From: Girardia tigrina
Lineage: Eukaryota
Length of the DNA stretch: 51,243 bases
Direction of reading: 5' to 3'
NCBI GenBank assembly: GCA_001938485.1
Contig: MQRK01237970.1
Coordinates: 38,064 to 89,306, forward strand
Shown: positions 12,602 through 23,973 of the stretch, in pieces
How positions within the stretch are numbered: the stretch's first letter is position 1
Layout: every line of letters starts with the position of its first letter
The notes under the pieces: model-generated
The model's database searches: none
What the model was told of the DNA's origin: nothing
Seen by the model: only the letters and a program-made list of their open reading frames with translations
Translations under genes and position numbers: made by a program

Positions 12602-12915
12602 AAATTGCGGAGGAACCGGAATGAATCCATGAATGAATGGTCAATATGGATAGTCCGCATCGAGATATTTCTGTCGGTGCAGCGTCGTCACCCAATGACG
12701 CTGGGAACCGATTTAATTGACTGACTGTTAAATCAACACAGAATTCGAAGCAATAAATTATAATAATGACGTTTTAAAAATTAAAAGAGAAACTTTCAAA
12801 GACGAAAATTCAGATCACTCGTCATATATGACAGGTCTTTTTCTAGTAAAAATAAATTTCAGTCCTAAATACGCCAAGATGTGGTAATTGTAAACCCTTA
12901 TTACAGGGTTTACAA
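12602..12915. repeat. Copy 2 of the ~110-bp repeat plus downstream stem-loop; probable Helentron/DINE-like non-autonomous element
   Basis: Repeat copy at 12602-12711 and a perfect hairpin TTGTAAACCCT-tattac-AGGGTTTACAA at 12888-12915. The family assignment is inference. Confidence 0.5.
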
Positions 12916-13303
12916 ATTAATTTAATCCCGTGAAACTTTAACTTAATCCACCTTAAAATCAACTGATATTTTGAAAATACGAAAATTGTATTTTTGTATC
13001 AAAATTCTTCTCTTTGAATACCTTTAACAACAAATTGATTCATTTGCTAGAAATAATTTTTCATATCTTCTTCTTTTATCGTAAGAGCAGTGTGATTGAT
13101 TGCAAGCATCAATTCTTCACTGTTACTACAATTATGGTTTTTAATATTATTTTCCCATTTGGTAAAAATAACAGCTCATGTCCATACCCAGAAACCAAAT
13201 CCTTTTATAACATCTATATAACAGATGAAATAAAATTTATAGTGTCTTCAGTCATTATCAGTTACTTCACTTTGGGCATTATTGTGATATCAGTGCACGC
13301 TTG

Positions 13304-14490
13304 CTAGCTTGGGAAACGTTTTCGATTTTCTGCAACAACTTGCAATAGAAACTGCAAGTGATCTTCATCTTTAGTCAAGGATCCTGAATACTGTTGTATG
13401 AGAGATACACCTCCTTCAGCATGATCATTTGTAGCTGGTAAGTTAGAAATAGCTTTGACAGCTACCTGATAATCGATTTTCTCTACCCTCTGCGAGGCGG
13501 GTAATTTGAGAAATCCGTGTGGGAGGCTCAGTTTTGTAAAAAGTGAAATACTCTTCTTTGTTACAAAGTCAGCAATTGATTTCTTTTGAAGTTCATATGA
13601 GGAAACTATATCTAACTTAGCCGTTTTTTGTGGATCATCTTCAGGACCATCAACTTCAAATACAGCTCTTGCCATTTTATTTTAGATATCACAACCAAGA
13701 GATTTGTCAAAAAGGCCGCAACATTTTTCGGGATGTGGTACTTGATATAGCAGAATTTACTGATTTATAACTCAATATGCTAATAAGCAGCTGATGATCA
13801 TTATTAGGTGCTTCTGGCAAAAATATGCGTAGATCACATAGCCCTTTCTCCTCTCTTATTGCTATGTTAAATTGCAAACGAGACATCCATATAAAGAATG
13901 ATATAAAGAATGCTTTAAGATCTTGCATTACATCAGATAGAGCATCTCTTGCAACCTGATCTGTATTTGGGTCTTCATACTGACTTGTCTTCATTTTTTG
14001 CCAATGAGATTGAAATCTCTTAAATAAAAGAATATCTAGAGCTGATGATGAACACATCATTTCGTTAAATGCTGTAACAGCTACAAGTTCAAGGATATGA
14101 TGGCGACATGCCCCTCTACGTCCCTTTGTGTTCTTCTTAGAGAATATTTCTTTAATCATTGCCATACATGAAATAGTGCTTCCAATTTTTTAATAGAATC
14201 TTGTTTATGTCGCACTTGTATTGCAGCACGACTCCAGAATTCTTCAACATTTTCAACAACGCGAACGGATGATTCACGGACATTTTTTTCTTTTCTCGAT
14301 GCAGGTATAAGAAATATCCTAGAATTTGATGATTAGAATGAATCTTTAACCCTCTAATTTCTTTTGTATAACTTCCTAGCAGATACACAGACTTACTACG
14401 TTTCGTATTAATCGCTGTCATTAAATTGCAATTGAAATTATTGATTAAGATAATATATAAACAGATTTTAAACCTTTTAAAAATAGTCAA
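13304..14490 (-). mobile_element. Degenerate hAT-related (hATm-like) transposase
   Basis: Frameshifted ORFs with ACRHHILEL (CxxH) and a C-terminal TNDHAEGGVSLIQQY..LTKDEDHLQFLLQVVAENRKRFP motif. TIRs were not resolved. Confidence 0.7.
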
Positions 14491-15609
14491 TAATTTTTAC
14501 AATTTTGCAGCTCTTAAAATATTTTAGTATGATTGGAAGAATCACTATACAAACTTAAGTATGCTTAAAATGCTTAATTAATAAAGCTTCAGCTAACTTC
14601 CTTTCATAATACGTAAATTATTATTTTAATTAATATTTTTAGGAATTAAATCTTTTAAAAAGATTAAGAAAAATTGTTCGAATAATCATGTTTAAAAATA
14701 GAAATAACGAAACCAATTAGAGAGATGTCAAACGGTGAAAGATCTTTCGAGAGTTGTAATGACTCTAAATGTGATAATAATAAAAATTCAAATGAAAATG
14801 GTCTCAAATGTTCTTAACAGTAATTTTACTTGTATTATTATTTGTTTGTATAAGTTTCCAGGGCGACAAACAACGTGCTACGGAATTTATCATTTTAAAT
14901 CGTGGGCTCTAGTTATAAGCCTATTACGGACAGTTTTGTATACACATAGGCCAACACTGTTCTCTACGTGTTGCATAGAAATATTATTTCTAACATCGGT
15001 TTCATGGTATCGTTTCTCATAGAAACCATATTAGAAACCATAGAAACTTTTTATATTTCTTGTTCTAAAGTTTAATATTATTTTTATTGACGGCCATAGA
15101 ATGCTGATTTTCTAATTGAATACTTTAGTAAATTAAATTTTATTTAAAATTGTTTTAATAATTGTTAATTATCATAGAAATAATGTTTTGCGTTTTAATG
15201 AATTCTATTCTTGACCAAGAACCCACCAATTATAATTTTTTAGTGTTCAAAATATCTGAAAAAATATTTTTTTTAATTATAAATTTTGTATAAGTACCTA
15301 AAAATAATAATTTCTAAAATGTATTTTTTGAGTTTTGAGACAATTTTAGTAGTTTATAATATTTGAAATTAAAATGTTTGAAAGATTTAGAATTAAACGT
15401 TTTATTGATTTAAAAATAGTGTTTTTAGTAGTTTAAAACTAAATATTATTTTAGAAATAAATAATTTTTGATTGCGTTTCTACTTCCTACAAAACAAGAC
15501 AAAACTTTCAAAATTTATTTAAAAATTGACATAAAAACATTGTTTTTATTTTTAATTTTTAATATTTTTTAATTTTGATAGGATAAAAATTAAAATTGAA
15601 TTTAAAAAA

Positions 15610-16558
15610 TTCAAGATTATTTTACAAACTAGTAAATCAAAATATTTTTTTATATTCATTCTTAATGGTGGAAAAACTCTATTTGGCCAAGAGAATTTGT
15701 TTCTTTTGTAGATGGGAAAATTATTATTACATTTACTTTTTATGAGGGGTTAGCTTAAATTTGCATTTCGCCAAAATAGTTTATTATTTTTTTAATTTGA
15801 AAATTTAAAAAAAAGTAAATCAAAAATGAAAATGTAAAGTAATCAGAAAAATTAAATTAAAAAAAATTTAAAATATTCTTGCAGTCATAACAATTGATAT
15901 ATCTCAAAATTAATAAAATTTATGAAATAAGTTTAAATAAATTTTAAAATAGATAATTAACCGATTAATATTTTAAGAAATAATTTTGTAATAAAAGGCT
16001 TATAGTAAATTGAAATTAATTAGTTTTTAAGATAAATTGTAAAGTTTTGTAAAAATTTAAGAATTATTTTTAAGTTTAAATTTCGTAAAATTTTGTAAAA
16101 AATATAAAAATTATTTTAAAGTTTAAAATTTAGCAAATTTTCAAAATTTAATCGAAAAAAATTTAATAGATTAATTTTGGGTGAAATAATTGGATTAACA
16201 AGAAATTTGTTTAAATATGTGAATTGTTGATCTTAATAAAGATTGTGGTATTAAATTATGAGTTCAGAATTTGATAATAATGAAAGTGGAATAAACGCTA
16301 CTTACACTTTTTATCTTTACCTTTTTTGAGTAATATAAACTACTTAGAATTTATAAGTAGATCTTTTTATACTAATATTGTTCAGGAACTCCGATTTGGT
16401 CGTTTTTAACCATTTTTTGACCTTAAAAAGATTTTGTCTGATCAAATTTTTACATTATCATTTATTGTCATCGAAAATGAGTGTGCAAAGTTTGGAGAAA
16501 ATTCGTTGAGCAAAAAGCCTTCAAAAATAAGTTTCTAAATTCCATGGATATATATATG
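15610..16558 (+). mobile_element. Helitron-like non-autonomous repeat ending in (TA)n; inverted copy at 23974-25075
   Basis: 16330-16558 is the reverse complement of 23974-24200 (AAGTAGATCTTTTTATACTAATATTGTTCAGGAACTCCGAT; CATTTATTGTCATCGAAAATGAGT). 15610-15690 matches 24995-25075. Class is inferred. Confidence 0.6.
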
Positions 16559-16895
16559 TTTGAATTTTAAATAATTTTAATTGGAAAAAAAACGACAAGT
16601 ATTGAAAACTATTAAAAAATCGAAAAAGAAAGAAAGTTAAAAAATTATCGAAACGTTTCTCAAATTCGGCTTTTGTTATTTAATAATGAATTTAATTTTC
16701 AAGATCGGATAATTCGTTGCAATTTCAATATTAAAAAAAAACACTTATAAATAATAATATGACTTTTGTTGTCTTTGCTAAATGATTGCGCCCTTCATGA
16801 TGATGATTTCATTTGAAGTGTATTTAGCTGAATGAATAAAAATTTGTTTTCTCAGAATTTTTTTATTTAAACGAAAGAAATTTTTTCTGTTGAAA

Positions 16896-16961
16896 GAAAA
16901 ACATCATCAAATTTAAAAGGAAAATCTCTATTACTTTTGTGCTGAATAATAAATAAATATT
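16896..16961 (+). repeat. 66-bp direct repeat, left copy
   Basis: 64/66 identical to 18497-18562. Confidence 0.95.
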
Positions 16962-16978
16962 TTCCGGGTTTAATTCAA

Positions 16979-17391
16979 ATGGTGATATTCGGACAATCTA
17001 TAGACGTTGTGGATATGCTCCTAATCGGGGCATTAATCTGTGTTTTTGTATCGCTCATGTTCTATGTGATTAGTTTTGCGAGCCCATTTTGGTTAGTGTC
17101 ATTCGATACATCGTGAAACAGTTTCGTTAGAATGGGAATTTGGTCGGTGTGTTTCAATAATTTCATTCATCCAAGTGATTTAAAAAAACAATCGTTTTTC
17201 GGGTTGTTTTTTGGTTATATGCCGACGTTTTTTGGATTAAAGGGATGTGGATCTACATCAATCCGTATTGGTTGATTGCCGTGCAAGTTCTCATGAGTCT
17301 TGAACTGATCTTGCTGTGTGTCACTGTCATCTGCGTTATCCTCTACTTCATCCTTGTTGGCAATCCGATTGTCGAATCGAAAATTGCTCTC
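16979..17391 (+). pseudogene. Invertebrate claudin-like (PMP22/claudin; Sinuous/Kune/Mega-type) intronless gene fragment
   Basis: MVIFGQ..TM1..SFASPFWLVSFDTS*NSFVRMGIWSVCFNNF..(fs)CFWL..NPYWLIAVQ-TM2 carries the W-GLW-C-C signature. Stop at 17114, frameshift near 17204, truncated after TM2. Confidence 0.8.
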
Positions 17392-17922
17392 GAGTGTCAG
17401 ATGAATAACGACTATCGATTATCGCGGATTGAGAATAGAATCCAACATTTTTTGAAAATGAAAATCGATGAGTTAAAATCTGTTTTTAAAAAAAATGATC
17501 AATACATGAAAAAATTGAGATATTTTCTCAACGTGGCGCATTGTCAGCAGTTGTTTGTGTTCCACAACAATGACAGCCAACTGACTCTGTTGACAGAGTC
17601 ATGTTCACTACAGAGGAAAGGGCACAGAGATTGGGTCTCGGATCGCCGAAAAACAACGTGAGAGTCAAAATTTTTATTTGTCCCTCCAACCTGACGATCG
17701 CCCACCGCCGCCGGCGCGCCGCAATCACAAAACCGCTGCGCCCGCTCTTGCATCACCATTTTTGGTAGCAGAGTGTGGTTTCGGCGGTTTGGTGACGGCN
17801 NNNNNNGTCTTCGGAATTGGGGATTTGATTTTTTTTGTTGAAACATCCTCCCTCTGATGGAGGATAATCGAGTGGTTGTTGTTCTTTTTATGAATGATTT
17901 GTGTGGTGTTTTATAAAAATTT

Positions 17923-18411
17923 TTGAAGGAAGGGATTTCCCAAGGTTGGCACCAGGCGTGTGTTGAGTGTCAGCGAGAGTCGAGTGACATGCCGCCCCGT
18001 TTCAATAATGGGCCCAGCACCCGGGAGAGACTTGTACCTCGGCTCTCACTGAATGGTGATGTTGTGTTTGGTTTAGATGGTGGAGTGTTTGGTAAGTTTC
18101 CTAGCGCCGAGGACCATAATAAAATTATGAGTGGTTTGAAAAATTTAAACTTTCAACCACGGTCGAAGTGCCCCCTTACCCACTAGGTTTTCGTCAGGAC
18201 AATCTCCAGAAAGACGATCACGCTGGAGGTGAATTCCAACGATACTGTTGAGGAAGTCAAGGAGAAGATTCTGAGCAAGGAAAGCATTCCACCAATTCAA
18301 CAGCGTATTATATTTGTTGGGAAGCGGCTGATGGACGGCTGACTGGTGAAGGATTACGATATCCAGAATGGATCCACGCTCCATCTCCTTTTAAGATTGA
18401 GGAGTGAGTGA
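17923..18411 (+). pseudogene. Divergent ubiquitin-like domain (18187-18411) with in-frame N-terminal extension; two nonsense codons
   Basis: [76 protein letters not shown] at 18184 sits at ubiquitin Q2 and TGA at 18340 sits at R54. The upstream 87 codons are open in the same frame. Confidence 0.85.
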
Positions 18412-18496
18412 AAATAAAAAAAGAAATAATCAAGATCGATCAGAAACAACAATGGGAAGAGGGAAAGAAAAAGAAGGCGACTTGGAAAAGGGTCTT

Positions 18497-18562
18497 GAAA
18501 AACATCATCAAATTTAAAAGGAAAATCTCAATTACTTCTGTGCTGAATAATAAATAAATATT
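18497..18562 (+). repeat. 66-bp direct repeat, right copy
   Basis: 64/66 identical to 16896-16961. Confidence 0.95.
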
Positions 18563-19964
18563 ATAAAGATAACTAATAACCAAAATAAATATAACTAAAA
18601 TTATTTATAAAGCTAAATAACTTCTCAAAATAATAATAAAACGAAAATAAATCCTTCAAATTTTTAAAATATTTTAGTATATATTACTTACATTTATTCT
18701 TTTACACTAATGCATGACTTGTCCAAAGGTTCTAATGATGCCCCAGTTAATTTATGGTTATTGTGTACTTTTAAATTAATTAATAACAAAATGATAGACG
18801 GAATTCTGTGACTGATTAAATTTCGCCTAGTAATTAGTTTAGCAAATATCCAGAGAAGCAAGTCGCTCTATTGGGGAGTGAAGTGCTGGGTACCGATAAG
18901 TACACGTACTGCATGTCTGTTGCTGACATTTGTGAAAAGTGAGGTACTGGCAAATGAATATTGATCTTTTACTTTTCCTTAGCTAAAGAAAGCATCAAAA
19001 TTTTATTAGTATTAAAAAAAGGTTTCTGTTGTTTGCACTTTTTATTATCCTTAATTCCCCATTCCATCAAATACAAATAAACACCCGAGTAGGATTCTAA
19101 TATAATTTGCTCACTGAAAGAATTCCATTAAGAGAGCCATTGATCACTGAGATCCGCAGCAACCATCGACTACTCCGATTTTTGTTGAGATTTCAAAAAC
19201 GTGTCCTCTTAAGAATCAAATAAACATCCTATTATCATTCCTTGCCAATTCACCGCGGTCCTCAATTTCAATCGTAATATTTGATTAAAGTGTTATCAAA
19301 CTTTTAACTATCTTTTAATTTAGTAAAAAAGTCATTTCTCAACTTGCACATACAAATAGCAAACAGAGCAAAGGTGATCCAAAATATGTTAAATGCATTG
19401 CGAGACTAGCGAGTTCAGACATGTGAAGAAAGCACTTAACATCAATCAATATTCAACATCCATTTATTTATTAAAGTAGCGCACCGACACGAAGTAATGA
19501 AGAAGATATATTGTCGTAATTTAAAGATTTTAATTATTTTTATTTATACATTCCGACATAACTGCCGGTAACTGTACACGATTTCACTTCAGAAAAATAG
19601 ACTTTTATAAATTAAATTAATTTAAACAAAATAAATTTGCATGAAAATTTTTACATCCGTTAAATTTGCACATGAAATTCGAATATCAGTTCTATATTGT
19701 ACGTCAGCGTTAAAATATTTATGGCTCATCAGCTGCTAAAAAGTCGGCTTCTGCAAGCAATGATGATCATGTAATTGGTTACTTTTATCCACTGGAAGCA
19801 AATATGATGCTTGAAATAATGAGTGCAAACAATAAATACTAATACTGAAATTCCTTTCACCCTGTACGATTCGTGGAAGGCAAATTTAGAAAAAAAACGT
19901 CTTTTTATCATAAATATGACAGTTAACAGAACAAATAAAAGTTATATATATATATATATATATA

Positions 19965-21317
19965 CAGGGTGAGTCAGAAGTCACCGGGTAGTCAAAACGA
20001 TACAGGTTTTAAAAATTCAATTTATTATTACATTAAAATTGTGTACATAATCTTACGGAGTAAATGCTCAAAAGTAGATGCCGCCTTCTTCAATGCATTT
20101 TGCAGTCCTTCGAACGACAGAATAGCAAGCACTTAGGCATAAATCATCACTAATTTCTGTGCAAGAATTCATTATCATTGCCACAAGTTGATCTATTGTT
20201 CCCGGCTTTTTGACATACACTGAATTCTTTAACACACCCCAAAGAAAGAAATCGGGAGGAGTAAGGTCTGGAGAGCGAGGAGGATACTCGATGGAACCGC
20301 GGCGACCAATCCATCTGTTTGGAAAGTTGTCGTTCAGTCAGTTTCGCGCTACAATGATGTAATGGGGAGGTGCACCATCTTGTTGAAACCACATCTCCTA
20401 AAGCGGCCAGTTCTTCACACAGGGTATAAAATTATTGTTAAGCATTGACACGTAACTATCACCTGTCACAGAACCTTTAAAGAAAAACGGCCCTACCAGA
20501 CCGGAAGCAGTGATTGCAATCCAAACTGCGATACCAACTGCGTTGACTTCTTTTTGTAGGATTTCATGCGGATTTTCATGGGCCCAGTAAGCAGAATTGT
20601 GACGATTGACCTGTCCGTTAAGCTTGAGAGTTGCCTCATCACTCCAAATAATCGTCTCCGGAAATGTAGAGTCCTCATGGCAAAGTTGTTGAAAAATCTG
20701 AGAGAATTCAACTCTACGGTCATAATCATCTTCATTCAAGGACTGGAGTAAATGTGGACGGTAAGGTTTTAAATGAGCATCGTGCAGGACCCTGACAATG
20801 GAAGTTTGAGAAATGCTAAGCTCTTGTGATGCTCGTCTGGTGGATTTTCGAGGATTATTCGTACAACTATATGTAATAATTTTTCTGTTTTCAGAGTTGC
20901 AAACAGATTTAGGTCTACCACATCTAGGAAGATCTTCGCAGGAACCAGTTATTTCAAAGCGGTAAATTAGATTCGCTATTGTGTCTCTTTTAACCACCCT
21001 ACCAATTTTTTTCTTGGAATCATCTGCATATTTAACTTTTGTTGTCCGTTTTATAAAATGTATTTATGAGAAATACGCGTTCTTCAGTTATTAGTTTGGA
21101 ATTATTTTACTCTGCCATTTTTAAGGTTTGTTAAATGATGAAATTATCGACTATAAATATGAAATTATAGACTTAAATGGACTATTTGTACGATGTGTTC
21201 ACATGATCTTCTTAGTGAGTTTACACCAAGAAATCAACCGATTGATCGATGTAAACTCATTTTTGTACACTTGGATCACTAATATAATGACTGCCCGGTG
21301 ACTTCTGACTCACCCTG
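19965..21317 (-). mobile_element. rosa/DD41D Tc1-mariner element, 1353 bp, defective
   Basis: 30-bp TIRs CAGGGTGAGTCAGAAGTCACCGGG.AGTCA, TA TSD within a (TA)n run. Motifs WSDEA, FQQDGAPPH and RSPDLTPPDFFLWG, with 41 residues between D2 and D3 and in-frame stops. Confidence 0.93.
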
Positions 21318-21410
21318 TATATACCAGTTTTTACAGCAGCGAGTGACATGATGTGCATTTTCTATTTTATTCATCAATTTTTTAATGTGAAAAACATATT
21401 ATACTGTGAT

Positions 21411-22234
21411 TAACGGATAACATGAAATAGTAGGACACCTACTATTTTAATAGTAGGTGGAAAAAAAATTGAAAAGGCGCCCAATATTGGTTTACACCTA
21501 CTATTTGGTGCTTTTGTTTTGAACTNNNNNNNNNNNNNNNNNNNNNNNNNNNNNNNNNNNNNNNNNNNNNNNNNNNNNNNNNNNNNNNNNNNNNNNNNNN
21601 NNNNNNNNNNNNNNNNNNNNNNNNNNNNNNNNNNNNNNNNNNNNNNNNNNNNNNNNNNNNNNNNNNNNNNNNNNNNNNNNNNNNNNNNNNNNNNNNNNNN
21701 NNNNNNNNNNNNNNNNNNNNNNNNNNNNNNNNNNNNNNNNNNNNNNNNNNNNNNNNNNNNNNNNNNNNNNNNNNNNNNNNNNNNNNNNNNNNNNNNNNNN
21801 NNNNNNNNNNNNNNNNNNNNNNNNNNNNNNNNNNNNNNNNNNNNNNNNNNNNNNNNNNNNNNNNNNNNNNNNNNNNNNNNNNNNNNNNNNNNNNNNNNNN
21901 NNNNNNNNNNNNNNNNNNNNNNNNNNNNNNNNNNNNNNNNNNNNNNNNNNNNNNNNNNNNNNNNNNNNNNNNNNNNNNNNNNNNNNNNNNNNNNNNNNNN
22001 NNNNNNNNNNNNNNNNNNNNNNNNNNNNNNNNNNNNNNNNNNNNNNNNNNNNNNNNNNNNNNNNNNNNNNNNNNNNNNNNNNNNNNNNNNNNNNNNNNNN
22101 NNNNNNNNNNNNNNNNNNNNNNATACACCTACTATTTGATTCCACCTACTATTTTAATAGTAGGTGGAAAATTTTTTGAAAACTTCATTACACCTACTAT
22201 TTCATGTCCACCTACTATTTGATGTTATCCGTTA
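21411..22234. mobile_element. Unclassified MITE with TAACGGATAACAT termini and CACCTACTATTT subrepeats; spans an assembly gap
   Basis: Inverted termini TAACGGATAACATGAAATAGTAGG / CCTACTATTTGATGTTATCCGTTA, with an N-run at 21526-22122. Confidence 0.7.
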
Positions 22235-22569
22235 GTATGTTGTGCTGAGATTTAGCAATCAAATAGTGTTCAGTGAAATGAAAGCATCTGTATTTTACAC
22301 TGAACATTTTTTAGAAAATAAATCATATTTTCTTTGAATATTAAACCTAAAAAACCTTGAATTTTGAAATATCGACTATTGTCTAGAATGACCATGAAAG
22401 ATATTTGGCTAATATCATTACTATTATTAATATATGACTTATAATAAACTTTGACACGAAGCTCTCGATCGCCTAAGTTTTAATTGAAATCGTAAGAATT
22501 TGACCTTGAAAGACTTGAATCAATATATCGGGCCATATTAGGATTAATGATGTCTATCTAAAATATAAA

Positions 22570-23212
22570 CAGTGGGGGAAATTGAATTAAAGACACAATG
22601 TGTAAAATAAAATTTAAATAATATATTTATTCATTTTGTTTTGCCAGATAGAAATCACGCACATTTTCAGTTTACCTGTTTTCTGCATCATTGTAGAATG
22701 GGTAAAAAACATGATTTGGCTCTACAGATGAGAGAATGCATTTTAAAGCTGATGAAGGATGGAAAGTTCTTTCGTGAAATATCTATTATTTTAGGTGTAC
22801 CTAAAGGAGCTGTAGAAAGTACACTAAGGTTAAGTACAATTTAAATTAATTAATGGTTAGGCCTAAAAGTTATTAATTATTATTTTCAAATGTAGATGTT
22901 CAATAGAACAGGATCCTGCCATGGTACACTTGAAAATTGTCATGAGATGGTGAAGATTACACCAAGGACTGCAAGAAAACTGAAGTATACTGCCAGAGGA
23001 AAAAAATTTCTGTCATCAAAAGAACTGCTATATGAACATGTCACCTCAGGTGGTATTGCATTGACTAACAAGACTATAAGAAACTGCTTAAAATCCATGA
23101 AATTGAAATTTTTTTGTTGCAAAACAAAAGCCTTATGTGACTACCTTTCAAAGGGCTAGACGAGTGAATAGGTTTCCAAAATAGGTTTCTGTAGTGTGAA
23201 TTTCTCCCACTC
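22570..23212 (+). mobile_element. Internally deleted Tc1 element with a probable intron in the transposase HTH region
   Basis: CAGTGGGGGAAATT left end and AATTTCTCCCACTC right end. MGKKHDL..FREISIILGVPKGAVESTLR / MFNRTGS..KITPRTARKL is split by a 66-nt AT-rich segment ending TGTAG. Confidence 0.7.
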
Positions 23213-23973
23213 TTTCTTTCATTTATCCTTCATTTCTTTTATACTGCCTTCTTACGATATGTAATTTTATTTCTTATTTTTCGTATGGTCTCTGAGTCCA
23301 AAATTATTTATTTTATGTATGTTTATTTCTTTTTATTATTATTTTATTTTTTTATCATGTATGGTTATGATGATTTTTTTATTTTTTATGTCGAAATTTA
23401 TTTTTGGTGGAATTGGTGAATTAGTGAATTGTTGGTCTATTCGAGATTATAAAATCTTTAATAAAAATATCTCAATTCAAATAGCCCATAGCAATATGGG
23501 ATATTTGAATTTGAGATTTAAAATAGAATCAATAATGCATTGATTCACAAATCTGAAATTTAGAATTATTAATAACTGTCAAAAATTTATTATTTGGCGA
23601 ACCTGATATTTGCGGAACCAATTCTTATCATTTTTACGAAACTACTTTCAACATCGAAACATTCACGGTTTCGATTTACTACCGATTGTATATTTGACGA
23701 CCAACCTTTTGTAATTACGAGTGGTAACTATTTACATTGTGTTTCAGTGTTCTACTATTATTAGTGTTATTAGTAATTTTGATTATTTTTTGGAGTTATT
23801 TCTTTTTTGCAAAGTTACTAAACTTACCAAATAACTTTAACATTAGGTCAGTTTAGTACTTTAGTTCCTTTTATACATCATAATTAATTTATCTGATAAA
23901 ACCTCCAATTTCTTCTTTGTTTCGTTCGGAGGATAAATTTGGAGTTTTACAGTTTCCATGAATAAATAAATAA

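Noticed and set aside
18700-19450. Possible minus-strand pogo remnant (LEPLDKS)
   Set aside because: Only one short motif.
21442-22145. Long ORFs in the ORF track
   Set aside because: Artefacts of the N-run assembly gap.
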